DNA of 64,000 bases from Planctomycetota bacterium (GCA_020425695.1 JAGQRE010000001.1:41213-105212); one strand, 5' to 3'; positions 32,901-42,658 are shown, counted from the stretch's first letter. Program-made: numbers and translations. The notes: generated by a model from the letters alone, not told the origin.

Positions 32901-33103
32901 CCTTGACCCTCGACGATGCTTCCATCAGTCTGCCGGATGACACAGGCGTACAAGTCACGGGCATTACGTCGATTTCGCTGAAGCAAAGCGAAAACAAGAC
33001 CTACGGCACGCAGACAACACGCCGACGCACGATGGTGACCCGTGTAAATGGAAAGAACCTTCGCGTTGCAGTGAACCTGGGTGGGACGGCATCTGGAAAG
33101 TAG
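29903..33103 (+). CDS. Large secreted hypothetical protein (1066 aa)
   Basis: Signal peptide MSGRTSIALILFLATCASSIGAQ. Long beta-rich N-terminal region with weak LptA/OstA-like periodicity, and an alpha-helical C-terminal third. Start overlaps the cdaR-like stop by 17 nt. Confidence 0.55.
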   Translation: MSGRTSIALILFLATCASSIGAQFLPDINEFEVENSRLILLDKQGQRKGVLKGAVARKQRDGKIYIEDAELIIERKTEPFVLRAAEFIYEPDTNNFTCKEGLTADLPEGGKLTVPSATGEIVYTEGVLLKMTVTGDATLLTGVEGEELVNATIANPGIELKLVEPKQKPEVDKNSRFELDHFEITGSRGGELKLRLAHLPGVGPKQKQDSAIVNVSCFGDVKLSLTDAGTKADLHMLRRARMALEGQDGTFEVSSNQLDIRGNVARSKPDSAGKEGEAATEDSLQASLTDLAIDAYQNVQLKGDDFDGGASMLRYREFGDHREVRLEGDPSLTLRQEAADNEDELPRIELRSKEFIDVQIPQGIVDGSPRQIATELSQSAHVKRFVGERLEWQINGRLVRLFSVLDESTERSNVYNHSFDAYAEGYSPLLRITGLQHANERAPELQRAAVYGARSEGSFISGRAKIRVYGPDVLGVVHSDAPLSDLLKTALGLQAQRRDSDGQVIPPPARDGRLTIRASKVVDLDMLTSGDSGDITLAAEGAVALDHEPLPRDDSNLVTLSGQFVALSMKQRVIRYAQVEPETGENALATMGYDLLISKGIDVRELEGVLVSQITGPGRIVVRNEESVLYFSKELDRLPKRPGEGDTPPRPDAAWLDFGLSFTARVSELEKQLEIDAPDFRLVFGEFLTPRAGRSSIKDLDELVDPEVQQLYEVQGARVFASTRRVTAESPAVNVLLLEGNAYINSRFDRVTARAAGAIELSGSDNQSATDAPLSVVLRRDAQLELEDAGVFFGDYVRRGVFSYDGTWLLESADRLEVTFRPLEAPTEDSTLIPRVRESLAKAAQGRRAMLSRLQEIEKATELLEQATASPRPTRPGADQPWQAVEEARDAVVAMRRAMQMYVTRLPAMRVQLDVAMRSVRRCSAMLSALIDVAGSGTVQGHFKSSKPDVPKLDLSMREALFTFDGLGQIVDVAAAGPIEVSRSAYTITGSRLKRSRDGTLTLDDASISLPDDTGVQVTGITSISLKQSENKTYGTQTTRRRTMVTRVNGKNLRVAVNLGGTASGK

Positions 33104-33113
33104 GGGGCAGCGA

Positions 33114-33863
33114 ATGTCTGGCAACATCATCACCATCGACGGCCCTTCCGGGGCAGGCAAAAGCACGATCGCGCGGTTGGTTGCGTTGCGTTTAGGGCTG
33201 CGCTATCTCGATACCGGCGCCATGTATCGCGCGCTTACACTGCACTGCATGCTCGCAGGCACACATCTCGACAACCCGAAGGAAATCGCTGAGGCCATCA
33301 AGAGCGCGGACCTTTCCGTAGAGCTTAGCCTGCACGGCCCGATGCGCGTTGCTCTCGGCGACAACGACGTCACCGAGAAGATCCGCACGCAGGAGGTCAC
33401 CCGTAACATCCACTACGTCGCCGACGTAATGGAGGTGCGCAACTATCTCGTTGAGATGCAGCGCAAAATCGGCGAGGCCGGCAATCTCGTCACAGAAGGT
33501 CGCGACCAGGGCACGTTCGTTTTCCCAAACGCCAGCCTGAAGGTCTACATGTTCGCCACGCCGGAAGTCCGGGCCCGCCGTCGCCACGCTGAACTCAAAG
33601 CTCGCGGGACAGACACAAGCTATGAGGAAGTGCTGGAAGACGTTTCCAAGCGCGACTACCTCGATATGGGTCGCGAGCTGGGCGGTCTGAAGAAAGCGCT
33701 GGACGCAGTCGAGCTTGACACGTCAGAGCTAAGCCCCGAAGACGTGGCCGAGAGCATCGTCAAGCTGGCCAAGAACCGCCTGAAAATGCAGACCCGCAAG
33801 ATCGACAAGAATGCGCTTGAAGCCGCCCGTCGTGAGGATGAAGAGCGCCGCAAGCAAAAGTAA
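33114..33863 (+). CDS. cmk: Cytidylate kinase
   Basis: IITIDGPSGAGKSTIARLVALRLGLRYLDTGAMYRA is the diagnostic Cmk N-terminus. GGGGG Shine-Dalgarno sequence before the ATG at 33114. Confidence 0.9.
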   Translation: MSGNIITIDGPSGAGKSTIARLVALRLGLRYLDTGAMYRALTLHCMLAGTHLDNPKEIAEAIKSADLSVELSLHGPMRVALGDNDVTEKIRTQEVTRNIHYVADVMEVRNYLVEMQRKIGEAGNLVTEGRDQGTFVFPNASLKVYMFATPEVRARRRHAELKARGTDTSYEEVLEDVSKRDYLDMGRELGGLKKALDAVELDTSELSPEDVAESIVKLAKNRLKMQTRKIDKNALEAARREDEERRKQK

Positions 33864-33959
33864 CCGTTCGGTCATGGTGAAACCAAGCAGAACGTTTACA
33901 CGGCAGGGCTGCGCGCTATGCTGGCAGCATCCCCCGAACGGCAATACCGGATCCGAGTT

Positions 33960-34406
33960 ATGGCATTCGCACGTCTATGCATGCTCGTATGCGTTACGAC
34001 TCTATTGGTGGTCGTGACCACGGCCTGCTCGTCTCAAGAGCGACGCGGGGAAGTCGGCGAGATTGGCTTCAACCCAAGACTCGAGCGTGAACTGCAAGCT
34101 GAGAAAGAAGCGGCCCAATACTACGACTACAACACACCCAAAGCCGGGGCGATCATCCGCAGCAACCCGGCCGGGGCGCTGGTTGAGTGGTACAACGCCG
34201 ACGGCCAGTGGGTCGCTGTAGGTAACACGCCCACCGAGCAGATCGTGATTGAGGCTACCGGACGCCCGGAACTGTTTCGCGTTTCCGCACCGGGCTTTAT
34301 GTCCCAGATTCGCTGGGTGGCGGCAACGCCCAACAGCGAAGGCGTTGACATTGAGTTCACACTCGACCCTGAGTTGCCCAATGAGCGCTATTATATCGGC
34401 GACTAA
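33960..34406 (+). CDS. PEGA-domain lipoprotein
   Basis: Signal with ...VTTACSSQ lipobox. IRSNPAGALVEWYNADGQWVAVGNTP...VSAPGF matches the PEGA beta-sandwich motif. Confidence 0.55.
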   Translation: MAFARLCMLVCVTTLLVVVTTACSSQERRGEVGEIGFNPRLERELQAEKEAAQYYDYNTPKAGAIIRSNPAGALVEWYNADGQWVAVGNTPTEQIVIEATGRPELFRVSAPGFMSQIRWVAATPNSEGVDIEFTLDPELPNERYYIGD

Positions 34407-34448
34407 GCGATTCCGTGGCTGGCGAACAGCCGCTCATAAGTACTAACA

Positions 34449-37238
34449 TTGCACGGGCGCCCAATGGGGGCGCCCGCTGTAGTACTGGAGAAACCTGCCG
34501 TGCGTACAAACCTCTTTTTGAAGTCCTTCATTTTCACGGCCATCGCGGTGCTGGTGGCAGTTTCATACAGCCAGGGACAGGAAGTCCCGCCAAAGCCCGA
34601 GCAACCGGCCCTCGAAGTACACGAGCACGTTCTGGGCAACGGGCTGCGCCTGTTGGTTGTTCCGCGACCTGGTGTGCCGCTTGTGTCGACCTACGTCTGG
34701 TACAAGGTCGGCAGCATGGACGAGAAGCCGGGTCAAACCGGCATGGCGCACTTCCTCGAGCACATGATGTTCAAGGGCAGTCGTAACTACAAAGTCGGCG
34801 ACGTCGACAAGGTTACCCAACGCAACGGCGGCAGCAACAACGCCTTCACCAGCAATGACTACACGGCCTACTACTTCGAACTTCCCAAGAGCCGGTACAA
34901 GGAAGCACTGAAGATCGAAGCCGATCGCATGCGTCATCTGACACTTGATCTGACCGAATTCGATTCCGAGAAGAAGGTTGTTCAGTCGGAATCCGACATC
35001 AGCGCCGACGACCCCAGTAGTCAACTCTGGGAGAAGCTTGGGCAGGCGTTGTACGGATCGACGCACCCGTATTCGCACCCGGTACTCGGACATCCGCAAG
35101 ATGTAGAAGACATTTCACGTCGCGACATGCGCCTGTTCTACGACGCGCACTATCACCCCAACCACGCCACGATGGTGATGGTTGGCGACATTACAGACGA
35201 AGAGGCGCTTGGCGCCGTAAAGGGCCATTTCGGAAACATCCCACGCGGCCCTGATCTCAACCGTCCAGAGCCGACTGAAGTTGTCTTCAACGGCCCAGTC
35301 GAGTTCGAAGTAAAGAACCAGGTCGACGTTATTGAACTAGGTCGCCAGTACCCAACCGCGCGCAGTGGGCACGCGGACGTCCCCGCGTTGGATGTGCTCG
35401 GAATGATTCTCGGAAGCGGGGTTACCAGCCGCCTATACCGCTCGGTCGTAGAAGACAAACGCCTGGCAACCGGTATCTCGTGCGGGAACTACGATCAGAG
35501 ACTTGGTGGCACGTTCTGGCTCTGGGCGCAGCTTGCGCCGGACAAATCGCGCGAAGAGTTGATTGAAGCCATTGAGCTTGAGATTCAGCAGGTGATCGAC
35601 TCCGGGGTAACCGCGGATGAACTCGATCGCACCAAGAACCGGTTCATCAGCGACCGTATCTTCTCGCAGGAGAGTGCAAGCAGCCTCGCGCAGTCCCTTG
35701 GCTCGTCCCAGACCGTCTACGACAGCTGGAAGTATACGCTTGAGTACCCGGACCTGATCCGCGGTGTAACGGCCCAAGACGTGCGTCGCGTTGCGGCTGC
35801 TTACCTCTACCCAAAGAACTCGGCGACGGGCTGGCTGGTGCCGAAGCTGTCCGAAGATTCCAGCGGGGAAAGCATCGCTGATGCCCGCCCTGAACCATTA
35901 GGTATCAAGCGGGTTGTGCTGCCGAACGGGCTTACCGTGCTTCTGCTTGAGCGTCGTGGTTTGCCGGTAGTCAGCGTGCAGGCTGCCGTCCGCGCCGGCA
36001 AGTCTGGTGAGTCAGCAGCAGAGAACGGACTGTCGAGCTTCACCGGCGCATTGCTTGATGTAGGTACCCGCGATTTCACCAAGCAGCAGATCGCCGAAAC
36101 GCTTGAAACCATTGGCGGCGAACTTGGCGTCAGCGACGGCGGAGCCTCGGTCAAAGTGCTGACCGAACACACCGATACCGGGCTGAACCTGCTGTCACAG
36201 GTGATGCAATACCCAACGTTTCCGGATGCCGAAATTGAGCTTGCCCGCGACCAGACGCTCGCAGGGCTTGAGGCCTCACGCAACGAGACGGGCTGGTTCG
36301 CACGCAATGCCGCCGCCGCAGCCCTCTATGGTGCGGATAACCCTTTAGGGCGCCCAAGCGACGGGAGCGTGAAGACCGTCAACTCGTTCAGTCGCAAGCA
36401 GGTTGTGGACTGGCACAGCCGCTACTTCCGCCCCGACAACTGCATCGTCGCGGCCGTGGGGGACTTTGATTCGGACGCCATGCTGAAACGTATCAGCGAG
36501 AAGTTCGGCTCATGGAAGAAGCCGTCAACGCCATTGAAGTTCCCCGAATTCGACTTTAAGCGGCCGGCCAAACTTGAGGGTGAGCAGGTGTTCAGCTTCA
36601 CGAACTTCGACCCGTCAAAAGTTGATTCGACGCGTAAGCGCATCCTGATTGACCACCCCGAAAAAGATCAGGTTGTGGTCCGCCTGCAAACCATCGGCAT
36701 CCGCCGCGACAACCCCGATTATTACCCACTGCTGGTGATGGACAACATCCTGGGAACTTCCCCGGGCTTCACGGACCGTTTCAGCGGCACGCTGCGCGAC
36801 AAGATGGGTCTGGCCTACAGCACCTATGCCAACATCTCAGCCGGTTCCGGCATCTACCAGGGCTCGTTTCTGGGTTACATCGGCACACGGGCGGAAAACG
36901 TGGAGCTGGCACTGCAGACCATGTATCGACTGATTGAGGAGATTCGCACTGAGCCGGTAAGCGACGACGAGATCAACGCCGCACGCGACTACCTGAAGGG
37001 CAGCTTCGTGTTTGACCTTGAAACCACGGGCCAACTGGGTTCGCTGCTGATCAACATTGAACGCTACCAACTCGGTGCCGATTATCTGGTAAAGTACGCT
37101 GACGCAATCAGCGCCGTAACAAAGGAAGACATCACGCGCGTTGCCAAGAAGTACCTCGTGCCGGAACAGATGGTGGAAGTCCTCGCCGGCCCAGTCACGA
37201 AAATCACCCCGTTGCCCGACACCCCGGAAGGCGACTGA
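34449..37238 (+). CDS. Two-unit M16-family zinc peptidase (pitrilysin/insulinase-like)
   Basis: Inverted zinc motif HFLEHMMFKGS with downstream E residues, and a second inactive M16-like half (929 aa total). The likely true start is the GTG near 34500 (VRTNLFLKSFIF..., signal peptide, GGAGA Shine-Dalgarno sequence). Confidence 0.8.
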   Translation: MHGRPMGAPAVVLEKPAVRTNLFLKSFIFTAIAVLVAVSYSQGQEVPPKPEQPALEVHEHVLGNGLRLLVVPRPGVPLVSTYVWYKVGSMDEKPGQTGMAHFLEHMMFKGSRNYKVGDVDKVTQRNGGSNNAFTSNDYTAYYFELPKSRYKEALKIEADRMRHLTLDLTEFDSEKKVVQSESDISADDPSSQLWEKLGQALYGSTHPYSHPVLGHPQDVEDISRRDMRLFYDAHYHPNHATMVMVGDITDEEALGAVKGHFGNIPRGPDLNRPEPTEVVFNGPVEFEVKNQVDVIELGRQYPTARSGHADVPALDVLGMILGSGVTSRLYRSVVEDKRLATGISCGNYDQRLGGTFWLWAQLAPDKSREELIEAIELEIQQVIDSGVTADELDRTKNRFISDRIFSQESASSLAQSLGSSQTVYDSWKYTLEYPDLIRGVTAQDVRRVAAAYLYPKNSATGWLVPKLSEDSSGESIADARPEPLGIKRVVLPNGLTVLLLERRGLPVVSVQAAVRAGKSGESAAENGLSSFTGALLDVGTRDFTKQQIAETLETIGGELGVSDGGASVKVLTEHTDTGLNLLSQVMQYPTFPDAEIELARDQTLAGLEASRNETGWFARNAAAAALYGADNPLGRPSDGSVKTVNSFSRKQVVDWHSRYFRPDNCIVAAVGDFDSDAMLKRISEKFGSWKKPSTPLKFPEFDFKRPAKLEGEQVFSFTNFDPSKVDSTRKRILIDHPEKDQVVVRLQTIGIRRDNPDYYPLLVMDNILGTSPGFTDRFSGTLRDKMGLAYSTYANISAGSGIYQGSFLGYIGTRAENVELALQTMYRLIEEIRTEPVSDDEINAARDYLKGSFVFDLETTGQLGSLLINIERYQLGADYLVKYADAISAVTKEDITRVAKKYLVPEQMVEVLAGPVTKITPLPDTPEGD

Positions 37239-38155
37239 TGTGGAAGTGGTTTCTGATACTCGCCGTACTATCCACGCCGCTCAGCGCGGAGCGTGAAACG
37301 AACTTTGGACGGGTCATTCTTGACCAGTGCGACCTCATCGTTCAAGGCGTCGCCAGCGCAATGCGTACTCAGGTGCGCGGCGCGCATCGGGTAGAGATCA
37401 GCATTGAGACGGTGCTCTACGGGGAAGAGGCAGCAACCGACGTCTCCATGTTCTACACCGACCCTGAGTCCATCGGAGCAGATGCCACCCGGGCCCTGTT
37501 CGCGCTCAAGCGTCTGGCCGACGGGGGATACAACCTTGTCGGCAAGCCGGTGCTGACACCGCTCGGTGATGCGGAAGAAGATGACAAAGTCCGCGTGTGT
37601 CGAGACTTCGTCAAGCTTGAGAAGCTTGCGGAGGGCGATGAGCGCACAGCGGAGTTCTGGACGCTGCTTTCAGAGCATATTCGCCTTGGTGGATACCCCG
37701 CCCAGAACGCGGCCGTTGAACTCATGTTCATTGCCCGAGACCGGGGCAGCACGGTCACCCAGGAGCGCTTTGATGCAGTGGTTGCGGCGCGAGATGCTGC
37801 GCTGTCACGACTTACCAAAGCCACCCAGGCTGATCTGAAGCTGGGTTTTCAGGGGCTCGTGGAAGCAAGAATCAAGAAGCTAAAGTTCAAGACAGTGCGT
37901 CGAGGTGAAACTAATAAGGAAAAGCGCGACGCGGCCCGCGAACTGAACGACCTCCAGATCGCTTACCCACGAGCCTTCACGGAAGAGGACGCCAAGCTGT
38001 GCGACGCGCTGATCAAGGTCGCCAAAGACACCCTGCTCGAAGACAAACTACTTGAGTTGGCCAGAAACGTTCGCGCTGACGTACGCGAGCGTGAAAGCGA
38101 CGAGCGCCGTAAAGAGGCCGATGCACGCCGCAAGATTGAGCACGCCGGCAAGTAG
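37238..38155 (+). CDS. Secreted hypothetical protein
   Basis: Signal MWKWFLILAVLSTPLSA, remainder helical. Start overlaps the M16 stop (TGATG), suggesting translational coupling. Confidence 0.5.
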   Translation: MWKWFLILAVLSTPLSAERETNFGRVILDQCDLIVQGVASAMRTQVRGAHRVEISIETVLYGEEAATDVSMFYTDPESIGADATRALFALKRLADGGYNLVGKPVLTPLGDAEEDDKVRVCRDFVKLEKLAEGDERTAEFWTLLSEHIRLGGYPAQNAAVELMFIARDRGSTVTQERFDAVVAARDAALSRLTKATQADLKLGFQGLVEARIKKLKFKTVRRGETNKEKRDAARELNDLQIAYPRAFTEEDAKLCDALIKVAKDTLLEDKLLELARNVRADVRERESDERRKEADARRKIEHAGK

Positions 38156-38279
38156 TCGCACGATTTTCCTGATTTTTCCTGAATGCAGTGTTCGACCCAT
38201 GTCGATCTAGGCAGCGGTGCGCCCCGCAAGGACGCAGACCTGTACACCAATTTCGCTTCCTAACTCGCCTGGAGTAGCC

Positions 38280-39044
38280 ATGAAAAGAATTCTGATGTCA
38301 CTTGTAGCCGTCTCAACGATGGCGATGCTCGGTAGCGGCTGCGTGTCGCTCGACGAATACAACCGCACTGCGGAACACCTGCAGACTGAGCAGGAAGCGA
38401 ACCGCGCCATGGCCGCCGAGAACGCCCGCCTCGAAGGCGAAGTGACCAAGGCGCAGACCGATCGCGAAAAGCTGCTTGCGACGATTGAAAGCCTGAAAGA
38501 GCAGGCGTCTAAGACATCTGAAATCGACGAAGAGACCATTGTCGAGCGCTTCAAGGAAATCTGGGGATCAGGCCTCGGCGGCAACGACAACTGGGAATAC
38601 GTGCAGTCCGGGAATGCCGTCGGTGTTCGAATGGATGACAGCGGTGTTCTGTTCAAGAGCGGCTCTTGGGATCTGACAGACAACACCAAAAAGAAGCTTG
38701 CTGAGCTCGCTAACATCATCGCCGGCAAGGTAAAGACAGACGTCAACATGATGGTTCGCGTTGACGGCCACACGGACAGCGACCCGGTCAAGAAGCTCAA
38801 GAGCAAGGGTATCAACGACAACATTCACCTGAGCACGATGCGCGCCATGGCCGTGCGTGACTTCCTGGTGAGCAAAGGCGTTCCCGAGGATCGCATCTTT
38901 GTCGCTGGCTTCGGCGAGTTCTGGCCGATCGCCGCCGGCAAGGCGAACAAGGACAAGCAACGCAACCGCCGCGTTGAAGTCTACCTCGGCGACCCGGACG
39001 CGCTCAGCATCGGCGCTCTGCCTGGGGCCCAAGTCGCCAAGTAG
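38280..39044 (+). CDS. OmpA-family lipoprotein (Pal-like) with an N-terminal coiled coil
   Basis: Lipobox LGSGC. Coiled-coil region. C-terminal OmpA_C motifs (RVDGHTDSDPV...NIHLSTMRAMAVRDFL...NRRVEVYL). Confidence 0.8.
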   Translation: MKRILMSLVAVSTMAMLGSGCVSLDEYNRTAEHLQTEQEANRAMAAENARLEGEVTKAQTDREKLLATIESLKEQASKTSEIDEETIVERFKEIWGSGLGGNDNWEYVQSGNAVGVRMDDSGVLFKSGSWDLTDNTKKKLAELANIIAGKVKTDVNMMVRVDGHTDSDPVKKLKSKGINDNIHLSTMRAMAVRDFLVSKGVPEDRIFVAGFGEFWPIAAGKANKDKQRNRRVEVYLGDPDALSIGALPGAQVAK

Positions 39045-39103
39045 CTCCCGAATTCGCTTCAGCAAACGCCCGGCCTTGTGTCGGGCGTTCTGCATTTCCA
39101 GGG

Positions 39104-41137
39104 ATGGACACAGTTCCAACGGTCGTTACTTTTGAACATAAGGAGTACGCCGTGCCCGCAGAACGTATGACACCTCAGCTTCTCTGGAGACTACCACGAG
39201 TAGGTAACCCAATCCCGGACCGTGAAGGTGGGCGCTTTGTTGTCCCTGTCACGACCTACGATATCGAAAAGAACGAAGGGCTGACACGTTTGTGGCTGGG
39301 TGGCGATGACACCCTGCGTCCATTGACCTCCGTAGTTTCGGCGACCAGTCCCGCATGGCATCCAGACGGTGAGTCTCTCGTATTTTTGCGGAAGTCACCG
39401 GCCGACAAAGAGGCACTCGGTGCAGAGAAGAGTCAGTTGTGGCTGATGCCTTTAGCCGGGGGTGAGCCGCGCAAACTTACAGACATGCCACTTGGCGTTG
39501 CTGACCCGAAATGGCTGCCGGACGGAAAGCGTGTCGCATTCCTTTCTCCACTGTACTCCGGCCACTGGACTGTTGATGCAACGGCCGCCGAGGCCAAGCG
39601 TCGCAAGGATTCCAAGGTTAAAGCGCGTACAAGCGAGAACCGCTTCTATCGCTTCTGGGACCGATGGATCAGCGAAGACCCCTTCCAGCACATCTTCGTC
39701 CTCGATGTGGACTCTGGCCAGACAACCGATCTGACACCGGAGTTGCAGCGTCTGTTCCCGTTGATGGATGTCTCCGGCAGTTGGGACATTTCGCCCGATG
39801 GCAGAGAAATCGCTTTCACGGCAGAACGAAACAACCCGCCCTATCACGAGCTCACGGCCGGAGTGTTCACGTTGCCGATCACGGGCGGCACGCCAAAGTT
39901 GATCAGTGAGTGGACCACCAGCAATGCATCACGTCCGCGCTATTCGCCGGACGGCAAATGGCTGGTTCATGGTGCACAGGTTGAGCTAGGCTTCTATGCC
40001 GACAAGACACGTCTCATCGCTTACGAGCGCGCCAGCGAGAAGCATCTGGTGCTCACGGAACCCTGGGATCACTCGGCGGAGGGCTGGGAGTTTGCGGGAG
40101 CAGACAAACTCGCCTTGATTGCCGAAGACAAGGGCGTGAACGCGATCTACACGCTGGATTTCACGCGCGCAGTGAATTCACCAGGAGAGGTTGAGCCGGA
40201 GCAGGTCGCACGCGGCGGCTGGTACACGGGTTTGGCCATCAGTGGCGAGACCATTTTCACGACTAGACAGCATCACCGAAATCCGCCCGAGGTGTATTCA
40301 CTGAAACTCGATGGCTCCGGTGAACAACGGCGTAGCGAGTTCACGAAGCCGTTGATGGACGGCGTTCGTCTGGCCGAGCCCGAGGAACACTATTTCGAGG
40401 GTGCCGACGGTGACCGCGTGCAGATGTGGCTGCTATACCCGCCGGGGCTTGAGCACAGAAACCTGCCGCTCGTTCACCTGATACACGGCGGCCCGCATGG
40501 CGCGTTCGGCGATCAGTGGCATTGGCGCTGGTGTGCGCAAAGCTTCGCGGCGGAGGGCTACCTCGTTGCGATGGTGAACTTCCACGGGAGCACCGGCTGG
40601 GGCAACGAGTTCGCCCGTTGCATCATGGCGGAGTGGGGGAAGAAGCCGTACGAAGACATCTCGGCGGCCACGGACTACCTGGTCGAGAAAAGTCTAGCGG
40701 ACCCTGGCCGCATGGCCTGCGCCGGCGGAAGCTACGGCGGCTACATGACCTGCTGGATCGCGACACAGACAGACCGCTACAAGTGCCTGGTAAACCACGC
40801 GGGCGTCAGCGACCTGCAGGCCCAGTACGCCCGCGACGTGACGCCAGGCCGCGAGAAGGCCCTTGGTGGTGAACCATGGGGCGATCAGGCCGGATTGGAC
40901 CGCTACAATCCAATCCGCCATTCAAAAGGCTACAAGACGCCTATGCTTGTGATTCACGGCGAACAGGACTTCCGCGTGCCCTATACGCAGGCGCTTGAAA
41001 CCTACAACGCCTACCACGCCCAGAAGCTGGACGCGCGACTGGTCGTCTACCCGGACGAGAACCACTGGATTCTGAAACCGCAGAACAGCCTTCACTGGTA
41101 TGGCGAAGTTTTCAGTTGGTTGAAGCGCTGGCTGTAG
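39104..41137 (+). CDS. S9-family serine peptidase (prolyl oligopeptidase/acylaminoacyl-peptidase-like) with an N-terminal beta-propeller
   Basis: WxxDG-type propeller repeats, then the GGSYGGYMT nucleophile elbow and downstream D/H (VIHGEQDFRVP...DENHW). Confidence 0.85.
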   Translation: MDTVPTVVTFEHKEYAVPAERMTPQLLWRLPRVGNPIPDREGGRFVVPVTTYDIEKNEGLTRLWLGGDDTLRPLTSVVSATSPAWHPDGESLVFLRKSPADKEALGAEKSQLWLMPLAGGEPRKLTDMPLGVADPKWLPDGKRVAFLSPLYSGHWTVDATAAEAKRRKDSKVKARTSENRFYRFWDRWISEDPFQHIFVLDVDSGQTTDLTPELQRLFPLMDVSGSWDISPDGREIAFTAERNNPPYHELTAGVFTLPITGGTPKLISEWTTSNASRPRYSPDGKWLVHGAQVELGFYADKTRLIAYERASEKHLVLTEPWDHSAEGWEFAGADKLALIAEDKGVNAIYTLDFTRAVNSPGEVEPEQVARGGWYTGLAISGETIFTTRQHHRNPPEVYSLKLDGSGEQRRSEFTKPLMDGVRLAEPEEHYFEGADGDRVQMWLLYPPGLEHRNLPLVHLIHGGPHGAFGDQWHWRWCAQSFAAEGYLVAMVNFHGSTGWGNEFARCIMAEWGKKPYEDISAATDYLVEKSLADPGRMACAGGSYGGYMTCWIATQTDRYKCLVNHAGVSDLQAQYARDVTPGREKALGGEPWGDQAGLDRYNPIRHSKGYKTPMLVIHGEQDFRVPYTQALETYNAYHAQKLDARLVVYPDENHWILKPQNSLHWYGEVFSWLKRWL

Positions 41138-41197
41138 GGGCGCTGTTTGTATCACTCGTAGTTCCAGGCGCATTCGAGGGCGACCCAAGAGTCGCCT

Positions 41198-42340
41198 CTA
41201 CCCCTTTGCCGGTTGGTTCAGGATCCGCTGGTAGTAGTCTTCCCAGACTGGCAGCAGAGCTTCGCGACGGAATTTGCTTGTGGCGCACTCACGCGCGGCA
41301 GCACCCATCTTGGATCTCAGTTCTTCGTCTCGCAGCAGTTTGCTGATGGACTCACCCATGGCCTCGGTGTTTCCCGGGGCGTGCAGAAAACCGTTTACGC
41401 CGTCTGCAACCACTTCAGGCAGCCCACCTGTGTTGCTGGCGACTACGGGTACTCCACAGGCCATGGCTTCCAGGGCGCTGAGCCCGAAGCTCTCATACTC
41501 GCTGGGCAGGAAGAACACGTCGGCCTGTGGTAGCAGTTCCCAGATTGCGTCGTATGTACCTGCAAACGTCACGCGATCAAAGACGCCCAGTTCACGGGCC
41601 AGTTCCTTGCAGGCGCCCACTTCCGGGCCGTCTCCGATCATGACCAAGCGCGCTTTCACGTCTTTGGCGGCCAGCGCGAAGGCTTTAACCACGTCGCGCG
41701 GGCGTTTGACCTCACGGAAGTTACTTACGTGCAGCACGATCTTTTCGTCTGGCGCTGCCATCTGGGCTCGTTTGTCCTGACAGCAGTCTGTTGTGAAGCG
41801 TTCGGTATCCACAAAATTCGGAATGACCTCAATGTCCTGGGCCCGGCAGTCAATCGTCTCAATGACGCGCTCTTTCAATTCCTGGCTGACCGACGTGACG
41901 CCGTCAGACTTGCGAATGCCGAACTTGGTAACACGCTGGAATACGCGCTGCTGCCCGATGATCGTGATGTCGGTGCCGTGCAGTGTCGTGACCAGACGGA
42001 TGTTTTTGCCGTCGCCGTTAAGCATCTCGCGCGCCAGATGTCCGCTGATGGCGTGCGGGATTGCGTAGTGCGCGTGAATGACATCAAGCCCGTACTGCTG
42101 GGCGACTTCCATGATGGTGCCCGCAAGCGCCAGGTCATAAGGCGGGTACCGGAACAGTGGGTAGGCATTTACTTCAACCTCATGGTACGTGAGGTTCTTA
42201 CGAAAGCTCTCAAAGCGGAACGGAATGGCGTAGCTAATGATGTGGACGCTGTGCCCGTTCTCGGCCAACGCAGTACCCAACTCGGTCGCGACGACGCCGG
42301 AGCCTCCGTGGGTTGGGTAGCAGACGATTCCAATTTTCAT
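41198..42340 (-). CDS. bshA: GT4 glycosyltransferase BshA (N-acetyl-alpha-D-glucosaminyl L-malate synthase, bacillithiol biosynthesis)
   Basis: MKIGIVCYPTHGGSGVVATELGTALAENGHSVHIISYAIPFR... closely matches the BshA N-terminus. C-terminal GT4 EX7E region (PSEYESFGLSALEAMACGVPVV). Confidence 0.75.
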   Translation of the reverse strand: MKIGIVCYPTHGGSGVVATELGTALAENGHSVHIISYAIPFRFESFRKNLTYHEVEVNAYPLFRYPPYDLALAGTIMEVAQQYGLDVIHAHYAIPHAISGHLAREMLNGDGKNIRLVTTLHGTDITIIGQQRVFQRVTKFGIRKSDGVTSVSQELKERVIETIDCRAQDIEVIPNFVDTERFTTDCCQDKRAQMAAPDEKIVLHVSNFREVKRPRDVVKAFALAAKDVKARLVMIGDGPEVGACKELARELGVFDRVTFAGTYDAIWELLPQADVFFLPSEYESFGLSALEAMACGVPVVASNTGGLPEVVADGVNGFLHAPGNTEAMGESISKLLRDEELRSKMGAAARECATSKFRREALLPVWEDYYQRILNQPAKG

Positions 42341-42411
42341 GCGTAACCGTGAACAGCGAGAACGACCAGCCTATTCCCGCACGGAGCACGCGACTAGACA
42401 CGGGATGCACA

Positions 42412-42652
42412 AGCCCAAAAAGAAAAGCTCCCGCAAAGGCGGGAGCCGGTGTAAGGAGAGGGTCGAGACGCGCAGAAAGGGCCGGAAAGGAGAGCGTAAA
42501 GCTACCCTCTCAAAACACGTCTCGACCGCATGGCACCGCTGCTTCGTGGGCGATCACTCCACAGCGGAAATGTCTCGTTCAGGCGGAAGGTCTAAGACGC
42601 CAGGGTGTGTTAGGGGCACATCCCGCGGAGCATATCGCTCTTTCTCAACCGC
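42412..42652 (-). ncRNA. Candidate ~240-nt structured RNA (sRNA or cis-regulatory leader/riboswitch-like element of bshA), bounded by promoter and terminator
   Basis: No credible ORF. Minus-strand promoter immediately upstream. 3' intrinsic terminator GGCUCCCGCCUUUGCGGGAGC + UUUUCUUUUU (42412..42445). Internal long-range complementarity: GGUCGAGACG...CGUCUCGACC and GAGAGGG...CCCUCUC, interleaved and pseudoknot-capable. Confidence 0.45.
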
Positions 42653-42658
42653 AGAAGT

